Below, piece after piece: positions 47,180 through 56,950 of a DNA stretch of 64,000 nt. A program made the translations under genes and the position numbers. Below the pieces are notes generated by a model. That model was not told where the DNA came from. It did not search any database and saw only the letters and a program-made list of their open reading frames with translations. Position 1 is the first letter of the stretch, and every line of letters starts with the position of its first letter. The DNA lies in the NCBI GenBank assembly GCA_964598335.1, contig CAZRBL010000009.1:4981-68980 (forward strand). Direction: 5' to 3'. This stretch comes from an uncultured Rhodospirillales bacterium. Lineage in GTDB: Bacteria; Pseudomonadota; Alphaproteobacteria; CAZRBL01.

Positions 47180-48898
47180 ATGTCTGCGGACCAATTCGAC
47201 ATAGAGTATCTGGCGCGCGCGCTGTCTGCGGCGAACGATCTGATCTATGATTGGGATTTGAAAAGCGGCGAACTTCGGTGGTTCGGCGCTGTCGCAGAGG
47301 TTCTCAATCTCGATCCCGACGCCGTCCCGGCGACCATCGAGGCGTTCAAGGGACGGATTAATCCGCAGGATCTTCCTACCCGAATGCTGGCGATTTCCGA
47401 TCATCTGGTCGACGGCAAGGAATATGATAGCGAATATCGGGTGCGGCAGGGAGACGGCAGCTTTTGCTGGGTCCATGAACGCGGCAGCGCCGAGCTGAAT
47501 GACGCGGGCCATCCTGTCCGCTTTACCGGCGTGTTGCGTGTCATCGACAAGCGCAAGCAGCATGAAGCGCATCTTGAACTGCTCGCGAATTACGATGAGC
47601 TCACCGGGTTCTACAATCGCAAGCGCCTGCGCGAGTCCTTTGAAGAATCCCTGGAACAGGCGCGTCGTTACGGGCAGGCCGGCGCCTTTATGGTCGTCAG
47701 CATCGATCAGTTCGGCGTTCTGAACGAGACCTATGGTTATGCAGCGATGGATTCGTTGCTGGTCGCCGCCGGCCAACGTGTCGAGAGCATGCTTCGCGCC
47801 GCCGATATCGTCGGCCGTATCGCCAGCGACAGTTTCGGCGTTATCGTCACGCGCTGCCCGGACGAAGCGGCATTGCGGCAGATCCAAGAAAAGATCCTGA
47901 GCGGCTTCCGGGCGATGCCGCTGGAAACAACCGGCGGCGCGATTGCCGTCTCGGTATCGGTGGGTGCGGTGATGTTCGGGTCCTTCGGCAGCACGGCGCA
48001 TGACTGCATCGCAAAGGCCGAACTGGCCTTGCAGCGCGCCCGGTTACGCGGCTGCAACCGCGCCGAGACCTATATCTGGTCAGAACCGTCTATCCGGGCG
48101 CATCGTGCCAATGCGGAAATTTGCGAGCGGGTGATGGAAGCGCTGCGCGAAGACCGCATGCTTTTCGCTTTCCAGCCGGTGGTGAGCAGCGCCGATCACG
48201 CGGTCAGCTTTTATGAGGCATTGATCCGCATGCGCAGCCCCGAGGGCGACATTGTCCCCGCCAGCGAATTCATGCCGGCGGTCGAGGGGCTGGGGCTGCA
48301 TCGAATGATCGATCTGCAGACTCTGTCTCTGGCGGTCAAGGAACTCAGCCGCGCGCCGGAGCTGACCCTGGCGATCAATGTATCGTCCCTGACCTTGTCC
48401 GACCGATCCTGGCTCAGGCGGCTGGTCAGCAAGTTGCGGCATCGTCGCGGTATCGCCGAAAGGCTGATCATCGAAATCACCGAGACGGCCGCCATGCTGG
48501 ATATGGAAGAATCGGTCCGCTTCGTCAGCCAGGTTCGTGATCTCGGCTGCCGCGTTGCGATCGACGATTTCGGCGCCGGCTATACCTCCTTCCGTCAGCT
48601 CCGAAGCTTGACGGTCGATCTGCTCAAGATTGACGGCAGCTATATTCGCGACATCGCACGATCGGAGAGCAATCAGCTATTCGTTCGTACCCTGCTCGAT
48701 CTTGCCCAGGGCTTCGATCTCGATACCGTGGCGGAGTTCATCGAAGGTCCGGAAGAGGCGGAAATTCTGTCAAAACTCGGGGTCACTTACATGCAGGGCT
48801 ATCATTTCGGGCGGCCGGTGACCGAGCGTCCGTGGCAAAAGCCGGCAACCGGGAAAACGCCCCGGGGCGCCGGGCCCGTGGCACAGGTCGCCGGTTGA
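47180..48898 (+). CDS. PAS - GGDEF(degenerate) - EAL signalling protein (c-di-GMP phosphodiesterase).
   Basis: PAS N-terminus. GGDEF-fold region carries RIASDSF in place of GGDEF/GGEEF. EAL motifs YEALIRM, DDFGAGYTS and the catalytic glutamate context are intact. Confidence 0.8.
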   Translation: MSADQFDIEYLARALSAANDLIYDWDLKSGELRWFGAVAEVLNLDPDAVPATIEAFKGRINPQDLPTRMLAISDHLVDGKEYDSEYRVRQGDGSFCWVHERGSAELNDAGHPVRFTGVLRVIDKRKQHEAHLELLANYDELTGFYNRKRLRESFEESLEQARRYGQAGAFMVVSIDQFGVLNETYGYAAMDSLLVAAGQRVESMLRAADIVGRIASDSFGVIVTRCPDEAALRQIQEKILSGFRAMPLETTGGAIAVSVSVGAVMFGSFGSTAHDCIAKAELALQRARLRGCNRAETYIWSEPSIRAHRANAEICERVMEALREDRMLFAFQPVVSSADHAVSFYEALIRMRSPEGDIVPASEFMPAVEGLGLHRMIDLQTLSLAVKELSRAPELTLAINVSSLTLSDRSWLRRLVSKLRHRRGIAERLIIEITETAAMLDMEESVRFVSQVRDLGCRVAIDDFGAGYTSFRQLRSLTVDLLKIDGSYIRDIARSESNQLFVRTLLDLAQGFDLDTVAEFIEGPEEAEILSKLGVTYMQGYHFGRPVTERPWQKPATGKTPRGAGPVAQVAG

Positions 48899-49558
48899 TC
48901 AGCTCTTGTTTTTGCTCTGCATCGAGGCGAGTTGCTCCGAGACTTGCTGCATCTGTTCACGTAACGCTTTCAGCTCTGCCTCCGTCGCGTGATCGTCATC
49001 GCCGGTGCTGCTTTGTGCGGAAGTTTCATCGCCCGCTGCCGGAAAGGGCGAAAACATGCGCAGCGCCTGCTCGAAAAGCGCCATGTTCTGCTGACTCATC
49101 TCCTCCAGCGAGTGCAGGCCGAACATGCCGCCGAAGGCCTTCGACATATAATCGTGCATCCGCGCCTGATTGGCATGGAAGCTCTCCATTGAGCGTTCGA
49201 GATAGGCCGGCACGAGCCATTGCATCTTGCCGTCATACAGGCTGATCAGCTGCCTGAGGAAATTGATCGGCAGCAGATTGGCGCCCTTGGCTTCCTGTTC
49301 GACGATGATCTGCGTCAGTACCGAGCGGGTGATATCGGTCCCGCTGCGCGCGTCGATCACGGCAAAATCTTCATCGGCCTTGACCATGGCGCAAAGGTCG
49401 TCAAGCGTGACATAGCGGCTGGTCGCGGTATTGTAGAGCCGCCGATTGGCGTATTTCTTGATGACGGTTCGGTCGTCGCCCGCATCATTATTCGCCGTCG
49501 GTTTTCCCGCCGCTTCCTTTCCTGTCGCTTCTTTGCCTGCCGTTCGTTGTTTTGTCAT
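48899..49558 (-). CDS. phaR: Polyhydroxyalkanoate synthesis repressor PhaR.
   Basis: Diagnostic N-terminal motif IKKYANRRLYNTATSRYVTLDDL. 219 aa with an acidic C-terminal coiled coil. Confidence 0.9.
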   Translation of the reverse strand: MTKQRTAGKEATGKEAAGKPTANNDAGDDRTVIKKYANRRLYNTATSRYVTLDDLCAMVKADEDFAVIDARSGTDITRSVLTQIIVEQEAKGANLLPINFLRQLISLYDGKMQWLVPAYLERSMESFHANQARMHDYMSKAFGGMFGLHSLEEMSQQNMALFEQALRMFSPFPAAGDETSAQSSTGDDDHATEAELKALREQMQQVSEQLASMQSKNKS

Positions 49559-49680
49559 GCTTTTCGCCTTTCGGCCCCCGTATCATCGCCGGCAAACTAG
49601 CGGCAAGCGGGCCCGTCCACAATGTATCTGCTGCCGGGCGGCGGATATCTTTTATGATGATAGCGGTTTAAGACGCGGCA

Positions 49681-50040
49681 ATGGCCGACAGCGAAGACAA
49701 GCACAATCGGCAGAAAGAACGCGTCGACCCGCACGATCAGGCCGATGCCTTTATCGATGCTTGGGAAAAGGACGCCTTGAACGGGCTGGGCATCGGGGCG
49801 ACCCCGGCGGATATGCTGCGTTGGTGGGCCGATCTGTGGGACGGTGCGACGCAGGATCCGGTACGTGACGCGAGCAGATACGGCGCCCCATCGCGCGGCA
49901 ATACCCGACTTCCGGCGCCTGAGTCCGAGACCCTTGCCATTGCATTGGGCCAGTGCCTTGAACGCCTGGAGCGGATCGCAGATCGGCTCGACGCTGTTGA
50001 ACGCCGGCTGGCCGACCTCGAGGACGACCGAAACTCTTGA
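49681..50040 (+). CDS. Small coiled-coil protein (119 aa) immediately upstream of phaC; candidate PhaE-like partner or phasin-like protein.
   Basis: Strong third-position G/C bias in this frame across 49681-50040 (read codon by codon), versus a poor bias in the overlapping frame of the long phaC ORF. C-terminal heptad-like LGQCLERLERIADRLDAVERRLADLEDD. Not in the ORF-track top calls because of the overlap. Confidence 0.45.
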   Translation: MADSEDKHNRQKERVDPHDQADAFIDAWEKDALNGLGIGATPADMLRWWADLWDGATQDPVRDASRYGAPSRGNTRLPAPESETLAIALGQCLERLERIADRLDAVERRLADLEDDRNS

Positions 50041-50107
50041 CGCTAGCCGGCGCAGTTTCGATGCCCTGATCGCCATAACCGGCGACGGTGACGCGGCGGC
50101 GGCGGCA

Positions 50108-51151
50108 GTGAAATCCGCAGCCCATTCTCGGCTGAAGGCGTTTGTCGACGGTGTCGTCCGCTATCAAACCGCGGAGTTTGCGCGGCCGGAACCGGATCGC
50201 GAGATCGTTTGGGCACGCGGTAGCGCCAGGTTGCTGACGCCGCCGGGTCTGTCGCCCGACGCGCCGCCCGTCCTGCTGGTACCGTCGCTGATCAATCGCG
50301 CGGCTATTCTCGATCTGTTGCCCGAGCACAGTTTTCTTGAAGCCCTGTCCGGTGCCGGATTGCGGCCTTTTCTGCTTGACTGGGGAGTTCCGCCCAGCGG
50401 CGGCGATTGGGGACTTGATGAGTGTATCAATGAGGTCCTTTGGCCGGCCTTCGCGGCGCTGCGTGAGGCGAGTTCGGGCCGTCCCGTCGCCGTTCTCGGT
50501 TACTGCATGGGCGGTCTTCTCGCGCTGGCGCTGATCGCCAAGGCGCGGCGGGAGCTGGCCGCGGACGCCTTGTCAGGATTTGTCAGCCTCGCCACACCTT
50601 GGGACTTCCATCGCCCCAACAGGCTGCCCGCCGACCGTCTCTGCCTGACAATGCGGGCCTGGCGGGGGGTGATCGAGGCGCAGGGCGGCCTGCCGGTTGA
50701 CGGCATCCAGACATTGTTCGCCGCCGTCGACCCGTTCCTGGTGCCGCGCAAATTCGCCGCTTTCACCAGGCTCGATCCTGATAGCGAACTGGCGCGCCGC
50801 TTCATCGCTGTCGAAGACTGGGTCAATGACGGCGTCCCGCTGGCGGCGAAAATCTGCCGTCAGATCGGCGACGGCTGGTACGGTGCCAACGGCCCCGCAC
50901 GCGGGCTGTGGCATTGTGCCGGACAGCCGGTCGATCCGGCGGCGATCGACCTTCCGAGCCTTGTCGTGGTGCCGGATCATGACCGGATCGTGCCGGCTGA
51001 AAGCGCCTTGCCCCTCGCCGCAGCGCTGCCCGAAGCAACAGTTCTGAGGCCGGCCATCGGTCATGTCGGCATGATCGTCGGGCGCCGCGCGCCGGCCCTG
51101 GTTTGGCAGCCCGTGATCGAATGGCTGGAAAATCGTGCTGCGCTGCAATAA
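50108..51151 (+). CDS. phaC: Poly(3-hydroxyalkanoate) synthase, class III/IV-like PhaC subunit (~350 aa, lipase-box Cys).
   Basis: Lipase box G-Y-C-M-G-G with Cys nucleophile. Clear similarity to class III PhaC core (PVLLVPSLINR...FLLDWG...LDECINEVL...VAVLGYCMGG). Start placed at in-frame GTG 50108 to avoid a 197-nt overlap with the upstream small ORF. The longest ORF (ATG 49844) is the alternative. Confidence 0.7.
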   Translation: MKSAAHSRLKAFVDGVVRYQTAEFARPEPDREIVWARGSARLLTPPGLSPDAPPVLLVPSLINRAAILDLLPEHSFLEALSGAGLRPFLLDWGVPPSGGDWGLDECINEVLWPAFAALREASSGRPVAVLGYCMGGLLALALIAKARRELAADALSGFVSLATPWDFHRPNRLPADRLCLTMRAWRGVIEAQGGLPVDGIQTLFAAVDPFLVPRKFAAFTRLDPDSELARRFIAVEDWVNDGVPLAAKICRQIGDGWYGANGPARGLWHCAGQPVDPAAIDLPSLVVVPDHDRIVPAESALPLAAALPEATVLRPAIGHVGMIVGRRAPALVWQPVIEWLENRAALQ

Positions 51152-51244
51152 ATTGTTGTGACCGCAACGAATGATTTGGCCGCTGAACTAAGGCTGATCG
51201 AGCGAATTAAGCCGCATAAAAACACTCTAGGGACACCAGGACAC

Positions 51245-52414
51245 ATGGATATCGTAATCACCGGCGCCGCCCGCACACCGATCGGCGCCTTTAACGGCGC
51301 ATTGAAATCTGTTTCTGCCAGCGATCTCGGCGCCGCCGCCATCCGCGCCGCGCTTGACCGCAGCAAGGTCGATGCGGGCGAGGTCGATGAGGTGATCATG
51401 GGCAGCGTTCTGACGGCCGGGCAGGGCATGAACCCGGCCCGGCAAGCCGGGATGGCAGCCGGTATTCCCGAAAGCAGCACCGCGATGATCGTCAATCAGG
51501 TCTGCGGCTCGGGCTTGCGCAGCGTTGCGCTGGGGGCTCAGGCGCTCAGTATCGGGGACAGTGACATCGTCGTTGCCGGCGGTCAGGAGAACATGAGCCA
51601 GGCGCCCCATGTCGCGCATCTGCGTGACGGACACAAAATGGGCGATGTCGGCTTTGTCGACAGCATGATCCGCGATGGTTTGTGGGATATTTTCAACGGC
51701 TATCACATGGGCGTGACCGCCGAAAACGTTGCCGAGAAATGGCAGGTGACGCGCGACGCTCAGGACAAGTTTGCCCTTACCTCGCAGCAGCGCGCCGCCG
51801 ATGCGATCAAGAACGGCCGTTTTGCCGACGAAATCACCCCGGTTGCGGTCAAGCACCGCAAGGGCGATATTGTCGTCGACGCCGATGAATATCCGCGCGA
51901 TACCAGTCTCGAGTCACTCGCAAAGCTGCGCCCGGCTTTTCAGAAGGACGGCACCGTCACCGCCGGTAACGCGTCCGGGATCAATGACGGCGCTGCCGCC
52001 GTCGTCCTCATGCGCGGCGAGGATGCGGAAAAACGCGGTACCCCGCCGCTGGCGCGGCTGGTTTCCTGGGCGACCGTGGGCGTCGACCCGGCGATTATGG
52101 GGACCGGTCCGATTCCTGCGTCACGGGCCGCGCTTGATAAGGCGGGCTGGAGCGTTGACGATCTCGATCTTGTCGAGGCCAATGAAGCTTTCGCCGCGCA
52201 ATCCTGCGCTGTGCTCGGCGAACTCGGGCTCGACCCGGATAAGGTCAATGTCAATGGCGGCGCCATCGCGCTGGGCCACCCTATCGGTGCCAGCGGCTGC
52301 CGGGTGCTGGTGACATTGCTGCACGAGATGCAGCGGCGCGACGCCAAAAAGGGCCTTGCGACTCTGTGCATCGGCGGCGGTATGGGTATCGCGATGTGCG
52401 TCGCGCGCGAATAA
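51245..52414 (+). CDS. phaA: Acetyl-CoA C-acetyltransferase (beta-ketothiolase).
   Basis: Start trimmed to [20 protein letters not shown] (atg at 51245). Thiolase active-site Cys contexts ([25 protein letters not shown]-terminal CIGGGMG). Confidence 0.9.
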   Translation: MDIVITGAARTPIGAFNGALKSVSASDLGAAAIRAALDRSKVDAGEVDEVIMGSVLTAGQGMNPARQAGMAAGIPESSTAMIVNQVCGSGLRSVALGAQALSIGDSDIVVAGGQENMSQAPHVAHLRDGHKMGDVGFVDSMIRDGLWDIFNGYHMGVTAENVAEKWQVTRDAQDKFALTSQQRAADAIKNGRFADEITPVAVKHRKGDIVVDADEYPRDTSLESLAKLRPAFQKDGTVTAGNASGINDGAAAVVLMRGEDAEKRGTPPLARLVSWATVGVDPAIMGTGPIPASRAALDKAGWSVDDLDLVEANEAFAAQSCAVLGELGLDPDKVNVNGGAIALGHPIGASGCRVLVTLLHEMQRRDAKKGLATLCIGGGMGIAMCVARE

Positions 52415-52569
52415 CCGTGCGTCGCGCGGGATTAACAGCAAGGCCTCTGCTCAGATCGGTCACCGCTGTTTTCTTCGCATCTGCACAAAAAACCTTTCTC
52501 GGTGATGGGGTTGGAGGCCTCTGCCCGGCGCGGTAAGATGCCGGGAAATCCTCTTGAGAAAGGTCGATC

Positions 52570-53292
52570 ATGGACAGGGTTGCATTGGTGACCGGGGGCA
52601 CGCGCGGAATCGGCGAGGCGATTTCGGTGACGCTGAAACAGGCGGGCTACAAGGTCGCGGCGAATTACGGCGGCGATGATGGCCGCGCGGCGGTATTTTC
52701 CGAGCGTAGCGGCATACCGGTGTTCAAATTTGATGTCGGTGACTTCGAGGCGGTCAAGGCCGGCATCGCCGAGATCGAAGCGCAGCTCGGCCCGGTCGAG
52801 ATCGTGGTCAACAATGCCGGCATCACGCGCGACGGCACATTGCACAAGATGACGCCGGCGATGTGGGAGGAGGTCATCCGGGTCAATCTCGGTTCCTGCT
52901 TCAATACCTGCCGTGCGGTCATTGACGGCATGCGTCAACGCGGTTTCGGCCGTATCGTCAATGTCGGCTCGATCAACGGCCAGGCCGGGCAATACGGCCA
53001 GGTGAACTATGCCGCGGCCAAATCCGGCATCCACGGCTTTACCAAGGCGCTGGCGCAGGAAGGCGCGGGCAAGGGCGTCACCGTCAACGCCATCGCGCCG
53101 GGCTATGTCGATACCGATATGGTGCGTGCGGTGCCGGAAAACGTGCTGGAAAAGATCATTGCGCGCATTCCCGTCGGGCGCCTGGGCAAGGCCGAAGACA
53201 TCGCCCGCGGCGTCATGTTCCTCGTCGCCGACGACGCCGATTTCATCACCGGCTCCACCCTCTCCATCAATGGCGGCCAGCATATGTACTGA
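52570..53292 (+). CDS. phaB: Acetoacetyl-CoA reductase.
   Basis: RVALVTGGTRGIGEAI, NNAGITRD, YAAAKSG motifs. 240 aa, typical PhaB. Confidence 0.85.
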   Translation: MDRVALVTGGTRGIGEAISVTLKQAGYKVAANYGGDDGRAAVFSERSGIPVFKFDVGDFEAVKAGIAEIEAQLGPVEIVVNNAGITRDGTLHKMTPAMWEEVIRVNLGSCFNTCRAVIDGMRQRGFGRIVNVGSINGQAGQYGQVNYAAAKSGIHGFTKALAQEGAGKGVTVNAIAPGYVDTDMVRAVPENVLEKIIARIPVGRLGKAEDIARGVMFLVADDADFITGSTLSINGGQHMY

Positions 53293-53353
53293 CGACTTTG
53301 TGCTCGGAATTTAAGCGCTACTTTGAGTTAATTGCTGTGAGGCTTAAAACGCT

Positions 53354-54139
53354 ATGTTCGCTAAGGATTTGTCGGTGTTCGCTCGGTCTGTCGCTTGCGC
53401 CTTTATATCGGTTTTCTTCGGCGTCACAGCGGCTGCCTCCACACTGGATTATGTGATCGATTTCGACAGTCTGACCCAGGCTGAGAATACGGCCATCACC
53501 TCGGTGACAGTGGGTTCTGGCGCTGACATGGTTACTGTCAGCTTCGGTAACTTCTTTCTCGTCAAGCCAGGCGGCGGAGACACCGGCTTCGGCAACAATA
53601 ACGGCACCAGTGCCGTAAACTTGCCGGGCTGTCCTGTTGGGATAGGGGATACGGTGTGCGTTACGCCTTCTACCTCCCTTGCCGGCGGGGCTGCGTCCGA
53701 TACCGTGCTTCTGCAGGCCGCTGGTGGGAATACGGCAGCAATCGCACAGTTCCCGCGCGGCACCAGCGTCAATGGATCGATCAGTTTCAGCAGACCTGTT
53801 GACGCCGTCGAATTCGCGCTGATTGACGTCGACATCAATGATCGTGTTGCCGTTGATGCCTTCCAGGGCGGCGTGACAACGGATGATTTTACGGTTGTCG
53901 GCACTGTCAATAATGGAAATTACGCTTTTGGTTTGACAGGAACGGGCATAACAGAGCTCGATTTGAGGTTTTTCCGGCTCGATACACTTCCTGTGGCCGT
54001 CGGGTTCGATGTGTTGAGCTTCACCATAGATGCCGCGCAAGAACCGCCTTCGACCGCGGTAACCGGGCCTGCTTCCATCGGCCTGATTATCGCTGGGCTG
54101 CCCGGCCTTGCACTCATGCGAAGACTGTTGCGCCCGTAG
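53354..54139 (+). CDS. Secreted protein with PEP/VPLPA-CTERM-like C-terminal sorting tail.
   Basis: N-terminal signal peptide. C-terminus ...EPPSTAVTGPASIGLIIAGLPGLALMRRLLRP has a Pro-containing motif, then a hydrophobic helix, then an Arg cluster. Confidence 0.5.
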   Translation: MFAKDLSVFARSVACAFISVFFGVTAAASTLDYVIDFDSLTQAENTAITSVTVGSGADMVTVSFGNFFLVKPGGGDTGFGNNNGTSAVNLPGCPVGIGDTVCVTPSTSLAGGAASDTVLLQAAGGNTAAIAQFPRGTSVNGSISFSRPVDAVEFALIDVDINDRVAVDAFQGGVTTDDFTVVGTVNNGNYAFGLTGTGITELDLRFFRLDTLPVAVGFDVLSFTIDAAQEPPSTAVTGPASIGLIIAGLPGLALMRRLLRP

Positions 54140-54208
54140 GTTCACTTACGGCGCGTTTTCTAACGCCGCGCACTGTTCGCTGTTTCTCCCACATGTCATC
54201 AAGAGCGC

Positions 54209-54679
54209 ATGACAGGAAGGCTGATCGGCATAGCGCGGCGGCATGAGCCCGGTGCGCCGATGGAGGAAATCGAGCGCGCTTCGGTAACCAGGGGCATCGG
54301 CATTGACGGGGACTATCGCGGTCGGTCCCGGCTGCGCCAGATCACCATTCTCAGCGCCGAACAATGGAATGAGGTTCAGGCCGAACTCGGGGCCGAGCTG
54401 CCCTGGACGATGCGGCGCGCCAATCTGCTGGTCGAGGGCATCAGGCTGCCGCAGCAAAAGGGCGTTACCATTCGCATTGGCGATATCGACCTTTCGATCG
54501 TCTGGAAGACGGCACCCTGCCATAAAATGGACCAGGCTCATCCCGGCCTGATGCGGGCGCTCGGCCCGGATTGGCGCGGCGGGGTGGTGTGTCGGGTGCT
54601 GAGCGAGCGCGGCACCCTGGCGCTAGGCGACGCCGTGACCTTACCCGAAAACCGGCACGACGCCTGTGAGGACTCCTGA
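54209..54679 (+). CDS. MOSC-domain protein (YiiM-like, 156 aa).
   Basis: VTRGIGIDGDYRGRSR...RQITILSAEQW...RANLLVEG...CHKM (conserved Cys) pattern of MOSC/YiiM-like proteins. Confidence 0.5.
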   Translation: MTGRLIGIARRHEPGAPMEEIERASVTRGIGIDGDYRGRSRLRQITILSAEQWNEVQAELGAELPWTMRRANLLVEGIRLPQQKGVTIRIGDIDLSIVWKTAPCHKMDQAHPGLMRALGPDWRGGVVCRVLSERGTLALGDAVTLPENRHDACEDS

Positions 54680-54753
54680 CCCTCGGCGATAATTTGGACA
54701 AGACGGGTGGGCTCTGATAACACTGCCTGTTGTAACCAATAGGAGGAAGTATC

Positions 54754-55401
54754 ATGAGCTATCGAATATACACTTTGCTAGTGGCGCTTGTTATTTTCGG
54801 TGTTCCGGCAATCGCAAAGGCAGGGCTGTTCCAAGTAGATTATAGCAACATTATAGTGTCTACTTTGGAGGATTTTGAAACCTCGGTTGGGACTTTGGGA
54901 TCAAACGAGTCGTTCAACGGTTTCTCGGCATCGGTTGATGTCGGCAGTTTTGTCGTTGATGCGAGCAGCCCCCCGATTTGCGGCGGCGCCGGATCCACGG
55001 CATGCCTGTATACTCCGTCATCGACCTTCAATGTTCCGACCTTCACGGGCTTTGGTGTCGGCACAACGTCATTCGGTTTCGAGCTCAGCGCGCTGACAGA
55101 CACAAATGTTTTTGAGGTGACAATTGTCGGGGCATCGGGCACGGCTGTGACGACTGTGACTGGTGACGGCGTCTATGGTTTCGGCGATGGCAACGGACTG
55201 ACATCGATAACGCTGCGCAATCTGGGCGACAGCAGCGGTACGGGCAATTTCGGGATCGACAATGTCATTACCGGGGTAGCCCTGCAAGAAAACGCGATAA
55301 CGGATCGCTTGCCAGCGCTGCCCGAGGCCGTGCCATTGCCAACAGCGGCGCTGCTGCTGCTCACCATGCTGGTGCCGGTGAGCTGCCTTCGCCGGCGGTG
55401 A
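54754..55401 (+). CDS. Secreted protein with VPLPA-CTERM sorting domain.
   Basis: Signal peptide MSYRIYTLLVALVIFGVPAIAKA. C-terminus LPEAVPLPTAALLLLTMLVPVSCLRRR matches the VPLPA-CTERM pattern (VPLP, then a TM helix, then RRR). Confidence 0.6.
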   Translation: MSYRIYTLLVALVIFGVPAIAKAGLFQVDYSNIIVSTLEDFETSVGTLGSNESFNGFSASVDVGSFVVDASSPPICGGAGSTACLYTPSSTFNVPTFTGFGVGTTSFGFELSALTDTNVFEVTIVGASGTAVTTVTGDGVYGFGDGNGLTSITLRNLGDSSGTGNFGIDNVITGVALQENAITDRLPALPEAVPLPTAALLLLTMLVPVSCLRRR

Positions 55402-55546
55402 GACCGCACTCGAACCCTCAGCCGCGGCCAGCCATTCTCGCCGCTATTGCCGGAATGCTGGATCGCGGATAGGCGATGCCGTCTGCCCTGTGTTAAGCGG
55501 GGTCGTCGCAACCGTTCCTGACGACTCCGTGAAGGCTGATCCAATC

Positions 55547-56944
55547 ATGGCCGATGCAGAACTCAGCGCACGGCCGCCGCTGGCGCGGCTGATGCGCAGC
55601 CCGCTGGGCCGTCTGATCGCCCGGCCCTGGCTCGACGAGATGAGTCTGAGCCTGCTCAAAGACTGGTATCTGCCGATGTCGCGCGCCTGGGCCGCGGCAT
55701 CGATCAGCAAGGGTGATTTTTCGACCTTCTGCCGGCTGGTGGAAGTCTCGGAGAACCGCGTCTTCGACCGCTTGATCCGGGAATTTCAGCTCGGGCGCGT
55801 CGCCGATCAGGCGATGGAAGCCGACCGCGCGAATGCGGCTTGGGAGAAGGCCTGGTTCAATTCCACTCTTGCCGTGACAGAGCTGATCGCCGCCGAGAAG
55901 TCGCGGCTCGATGCCGAACAGACGCAAATGCTGGCGCGGCTGGGATTTGCCATCTTCGCGCGGGCGCATCGCTTGCCGGCCGCGAAATTTGAGGTTCCCG
56001 ATCCTGATCAAACGCTGGCCGCCTATGGATCCGCTGCAAGCGATCCGGTCGCGGCGTTCATGCCGCCGGCGGATGCCCGGATCGAGCACAGCCGAACGGT
56101 GCCGAGCCGGTTGACTGAGAGTGTTGAGGGCGAGGAGAGCTTTATCCGCTTCGCCCATGCCAATCGCCCGGATGACAAGCCTGCCTGGGGCCATATCTTC
56201 GACCCCGCGCCGAGTGAAAACGCGCCCACGGTGCTGCTGCTGCACGGCCTGATGATGGAGATGGACCAAAGCCGCATGCCGCGCGACGAGGTCGCACGCC
56301 TTAATCAGCGCGGTATTCGGGTCATTGCGCTTGAGGGGCCGTGGCATGGCAGGCGACGGCCTGACGGTTATTATGGCGGCGAGATGTTGGTCAGCTCTTC
56401 GCCGATCGGTGCCTATCACTATTTTCGTGCGCATATGGCCGAGTTGGCGCTCGTTACCGAATGGCTGCGCCGTAACGGCACCGAACGGGTCGGCTGGATG
56501 GGCACCAGCATGGGCGCGTTTACGGCCATGCTTGCGGCCGGCTATGCGGTGGATTGGCCCAATTCGAGAAGGCCTGATGCGCTGTTCCTTGTCACGCCGA
56601 GCCAGGGCTTTCGCGATATTGCGGTGAGCGGCGCCTTCGCCCGGGCCTTCGGCATTGACAATGCGTTGAACGCGGCCGGTTGGGAACCCGGGCAGGTCGA
56701 CCGGCTATCGCCGCTCTTCGACCCGCCGCGGGGTGATCCGGGCCTGCCCCGTGACGCGATCACCATGCTGATCGGCGAACATGATACCGTGGCGCCGGCG
56801 AAGGGCGCCCTGGCGATGGCCAAGCAATGGGGGCTGGCCGAGGATCAAGTGATCATGCGCCCGCAAGGGCATTTCTCGACGCCCGCCGGGTTGATGATCG
56901 ATGAGGGACCGTTATTGTCCTTCGCCGAGCAGCTTTCGGCTTAG
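55547..56944 (+). CDS. Two-domain protein with a C-terminal alpha/beta-hydrolase fold (GTSMG nucleophile elbow).
   Basis: Start trimmed to MADAELSARPPLARL (atg at 55547). GXSXG motif GTSMGAFTAMLAAGYA in the C-terminal half. N-terminal ~230 aa have no recognisable domain. Confidence 0.5.
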   Translation: MADAELSARPPLARLMRSPLGRLIARPWLDEMSLSLLKDWYLPMSRAWAAASISKGDFSTFCRLVEVSENRVFDRLIREFQLGRVADQAMEADRANAAWEKAWFNSTLAVTELIAAEKSRLDAEQTQMLARLGFAIFARAHRLPAAKFEVPDPDQTLAAYGSAASDPVAAFMPPADARIEHSRTVPSRLTESVEGEESFIRFAHANRPDDKPAWGHIFDPAPSENAPTVLLLHGLMMEMDQSRMPRDEVARLNQRGIRVIALEGPWHGRRRPDGYYGGEMLVSSSPIGAYHYFRAHMAELALVTEWLRRNGTERVGWMGTSMGAFTAMLAAGYAVDWPNSRRPDALFLVTPSQGFRDIAVSGAFARAFGIDNALNAAGWEPGQVDRLSPLFDPPRGDPGLPRDAITMLIGEHDTVAPAKGALAMAKQWGLAEDQVIMRPQGHFSTPAGLMIDEGPLLSFAEQLSA

Positions 56945-56950
56945 AACACT

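Noticed and set aside
49844-50107. N-terminal 88 codons of the longest phaC ORF (ATG at 49844).
   Set aside because: Third-position GC is poor in this frame but strong in the overlapping small-ORF frame. The region does not resemble class III PhaC N-termini. It is kept only as an alternative start.
52432-53283. 283-aa minus-strand ORF antisense to phaB.
   Set aside because: phaB homology on the plus strand is unambiguous; the antisense translation is low-complexity.
55493-56434. 313-aa minus-strand ORF antisense to the two-domain hydrolase gene.
   Set aside because: It is Arg/His/Gly-rich low-complexity. The plus-strand frame carries a GXSXG hydrolase motif.
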